A stretch of DNA of 64,000 nt, taken from positions 21,425,882-21,489,881 of the forward strand of contig NC_057720.1 of the NCBI RefSeq assembly GCF_004010195.1. The letters run 5' to 3'. Under the pieces are notes generated by a model that saw nothing but the letters and a program-made list of their open reading frames with translations, did not search any database and was not told where the DNA came from. The DNA comes from Chiloscyllium plagiosum. Its lineage: Eukaryota. Positions 60,536 through 64,000 of the stretch are shown one piece after another. Both the position numbers and the translations under genes were made by a program. How positions within the stretch are numbered: position 1 is the stretch's first letter; each line of letters begins with the position of its first letter.

Positions 60536-63500
60536 TGTATTGGGAGGGGGCATGTTGATCAACCCATGGGCGGAATGTGGAGTTGGATAGTTGCAGTCAT
60601 GTGATGAAACCTCCAGGGATGCATCCAGCTAGAGGTGACGTTCCCATTCTGAGGCCATATCTGAGAACCACTGCTGACCACACTGTGATCCAAAATTGAT
60701 TTGACACATGTACCAGTTTGCATAAATGAGGCCTGAGGCCAAATATCAGGTGAGCCTAAGGCTTACGCATTCCGTCTCAAACATTGCTTCAATTTCTAGG
60801 CTTAAAAATGATGCTTTCCATAATTTCTTTCAACAAACTACAATATAAATGTCTCCAATCATCTATAATCCTTACCCAATCCTATTTAGCTGATGCAATC
60901 ACTCATTAGTTTACTTCATATAAATGTAAAATACAGAATCTGGTTTCAGAACATGAACCTATAGTTGAAGTAAGTGAAATTGCATTCTTGCTCTGATTTC
61001 CAGGGTCTCTGTAAGTGGCTTAATTCGTTCTTTTGAACTGCAAGGAAAGAAGTGGAAAGTTACCAAACAAAATATCACTTGTCCCCTTTTCGTATTCTAA
61101 TTCATGTGGGCATAAACGTGGAAAGATGTTCTGATGTAACAATCAACCTCCTAATAGATAAATTAAAAGCTGTGTATGGTCACTATTTGGCAACTTCACA
61201 AGTTTGTGAATTTCTTCTTTCTTGCATTGTGAGAGCTAAAAATAACTCCTAATTAGAATTCATTCAACTTTTACAATGTAAATTTGATTATACATAAATC
61301 AAATCAAGTGCTATTAGCATTGAAAGTGGTAATTCATTTTGTCAATACTAGTTGCAATCATAGCTTTTTAATATTTGAATCCATCTGCAAAAAATAATCT
61401 TGCTGTACAATTGACAGATACTTTGATGAAAGTTGTCACTCATGCTGAATACTTAATTTAGACACTGTCTCTTCTTTTTGACAATTGTTCTTTACGCTAC
61501 TGAAATTAAGTTAATTTTTAGTACAAGAATGATCGTTTGTAACTCTCTATGGAAAATGAATTGGTATTCTATGACTGTTTGCCATTTCATGCCATTCTTT
61601 GATGGCACGTGCAATAAAGGATTAATGGCAGAGGTTTACATCACACCCAAATCAAAATACTCGATCAGAGGCAAAGGATTTGTTACGGCAGCTCTTCTTG
61701 AGATACAGGTATCAGGCAAACTACTGAAGCTGAACTTGCATGGTTTAAGAGGTATCATCACTTCAATTGAATTGATGGTCTGGAATCAATCCCCACTTTC
61801 TTGTTCGATTTATTTTTCCTTTCGTAATAAATTATATTTCCCTTTGAAGCCACTCACCCACACCCGTAATACCTTCTTTGGTGAGGACACTAAGATATCT
61901 TGAGTCTGTGGATTTCTCCATAACTATGGCCTATGTCAAGACTTTGCTGATATAGCTCTTTGAAGATCTTATCATTGCAGCAGCAGTGCCCACCAGCCCT
62001 CCACCCACTCCCCACTCCGATCTCAGTCCAATCCCAGATCCTCCCATTCCTTTCTCTGCCTCAGATTACAAAAAGGAGGAATTGTGACCTTTTATAACCT
62101 TAATTTCATTAGCGATAGTTTGAAGCAAAAAGATAGAGCAAGCAAAAACAGAGCAGTACTTTACCTAATAAATTGAGAGCGAACAAACGTTACTGCTTTT
62201 GAGCATGATTTCTCCATATGCCAAACATTTTTCACTTTCAAATTGTGGTTTTTGTGAAGCTTCATTCATCATACCCATTCATCTTGAGTCATGGCCTCAT
62301 GTACAATGTAAATACAGAGCAGGTTGAATAGCAATATTTATTCAGCTGTAAATGACAAGTAACAACTTAGTTTGTGCGTATTTATTTAAGTGTGCTATGA
62401 ATAATCATAGCATGCAGACTCAAACTATGAGAAGCTGTTGAATTTGATTATGAATCTGATTAGGTATTCATCTTGCAGAATCTACTAACTACAGAAGTAC
62501 AAAATGGCTGACAATTAGCAACTGAGGATGAATTGCTGAATGAAATGGAAATACATGGCAGAGACGATAAAATTGAAAGGTAAATGAACAAGACTTAATT
62601 CGAATTAAGGGTAGCTCCGATTATGTAAATTTTCAAGGAAGTGCCCAGTTATAGCTCAATTGTACTGAAAACACATATAACTGTTAGTAAAAATCCTTTT
62701 GTTTAGATACAAATTAAAGGCAGTCGGGTTACGCAAGACATATTGCAATAGTATTGCAGGATAAAAGTATATTGATCGCATTTGAAAAGAAAAGGATACA
62801 TGGAAATATATAAAGCAGCAGGATATTCATTAGAATGAGCTTAATAAAGCACAAAGGCTTAGAGGCACAATGTGAGGGAAAATATATCCATCAAACACAA
62901 TTAGATGTTCATATTTCTCATAGGAATGAAAGACTCGGCAAAAAGGATTAACAAAATTTATGCTTTCTTCATCGGTAGAAAGTGAAAACATTGCAAATTA
63001 AGTGTTATCTTTAAAGGCATACTGAATCAAAAACAAGTCAGCATTACCTTTGACAGCAAATAGTCACATTTGTGCTCCATGATTTCTATATTTAATGTTT
63101 TAATTCGTAATCCCATTCCAATCTTATTCCCATGTCGTACATTAGTGTCATTTCAGCTTCAAACCCTTTATTATCACGGTTGTTACAATCTACTTACATT
63201 CTTAACCTTTTCAGAACATTCTGAGTTGGTAATATCTTTAGCTGCATTATTTTTGAGACTGTAACAAAAACCTTGCCCAGAAAATTGACAACAATGCTTA
63301 TAAAATCCTCTTAAAAGATCTGCATGTGTAATAAATGCACATACATACTATTCTGTGTTTAATAAATGCAGCACCACAGATTATTATTCTGACATGCATA
63401 ACTGTAATCCAATTCTGCCTTCTGTATGTTATGTTAAAATGGGAAGCAAAACATGCTGAGAAACAAGCATTTTTAACACTTTATTTCAGGAAGTCAAAAA

Positions 63501-63879
63501 AAATCAATATTTCATTCCAATTTATTTCTGATTTTACATGCATTGGCTTGACACATTAAGAATCTTTCACAGTCCAGAATGAACTATGAAAAATTATGAA
63601 AGAAATTGAACTTGAACTTATATGTTGTCTGCATTTATATTTATTGTTAATATTTATGTTTGTAGTGCACCAGAATATATTCAATAATTTAAAACATCTC
63701 CAGTGTGTATTTTGTAATAGATTGTATTAGTCAGATACGATAGTAAGCTTTAGTACAGAGCTAAGTAGGATTCTGCATTTCTGTATTGTTTGGCATTGTT
63801 TAAATTGAATTGCAACAGTGTGAAAACTGTACAAAATCAGGAACAAAATGGTGATGAGCAGTATATTCTCCTGACTTAC

Positions 63880-63937
63880 CACCAGCACACAATAAACACA
63901 AAAATGTTAATAGATGATTTTGTAAAAAGATACTCAT
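63880..63937 (-). CDS. Candidate signal-peptide leader exon of an unidentified host gene (MSIFLQNHLLTFLCLLCAG + 1 nt)
   Basis: ATG at 63937 with A at -3 and an upstream in-frame TAA; 19 mostly hydrophobic codons ending C-A-G; phase-1 consensus donor G/GTAAGT at 63879; lies in a stretch with no recognisable repeats. Confidence 0.4.
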
Positions 63938-64000
63938 TGTGAAAAATTGTATGGGGCTTTGTTCGGTTCCTATGCTGTTAAGGTCACTCTTTTATTGGGG

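Noticed and set aside
61478..61903. 141-aa ORF in unique sequence
   Set aside because: Non-ATG start, no recognisable domain, no convincing splice context; likely a chance ORF.

Overview
Repeat-dense vertebrate DNA, most likely from an elasmobranch (shark or ray): it carries HE1-type V-SINEs and CR1/HER1-type LINEs. All family names come from reading and translating the sequence and from recall, not from a database search, and most repeat boundaries are approximate (tens of bp). The window is largely decayed mobile elements: many CR1 fragments, L2/Crack-like and Rex1/Babar-like LINEs, four SINE types, two Gypsy relics (one Gmr1-like, with a SCAN-like capsid and integrase directly after protease), a Tigger-like MITE and about 20 Penelope-like element (PLE) pieces. 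One PLE is near full length (RT plus GIY-YIG). Many of the others are ~90-200 bp pieces headed by a hammerhead ribozyme motif; they share a 5' boundary and are often flanked by 7-14 bp direct repeats. No intact protein-coding gene was found. The only host-gene candidate is a signal-peptide-like leader exon on the minus strand (63880-63937); if real, the rest of the window may be one large intron.
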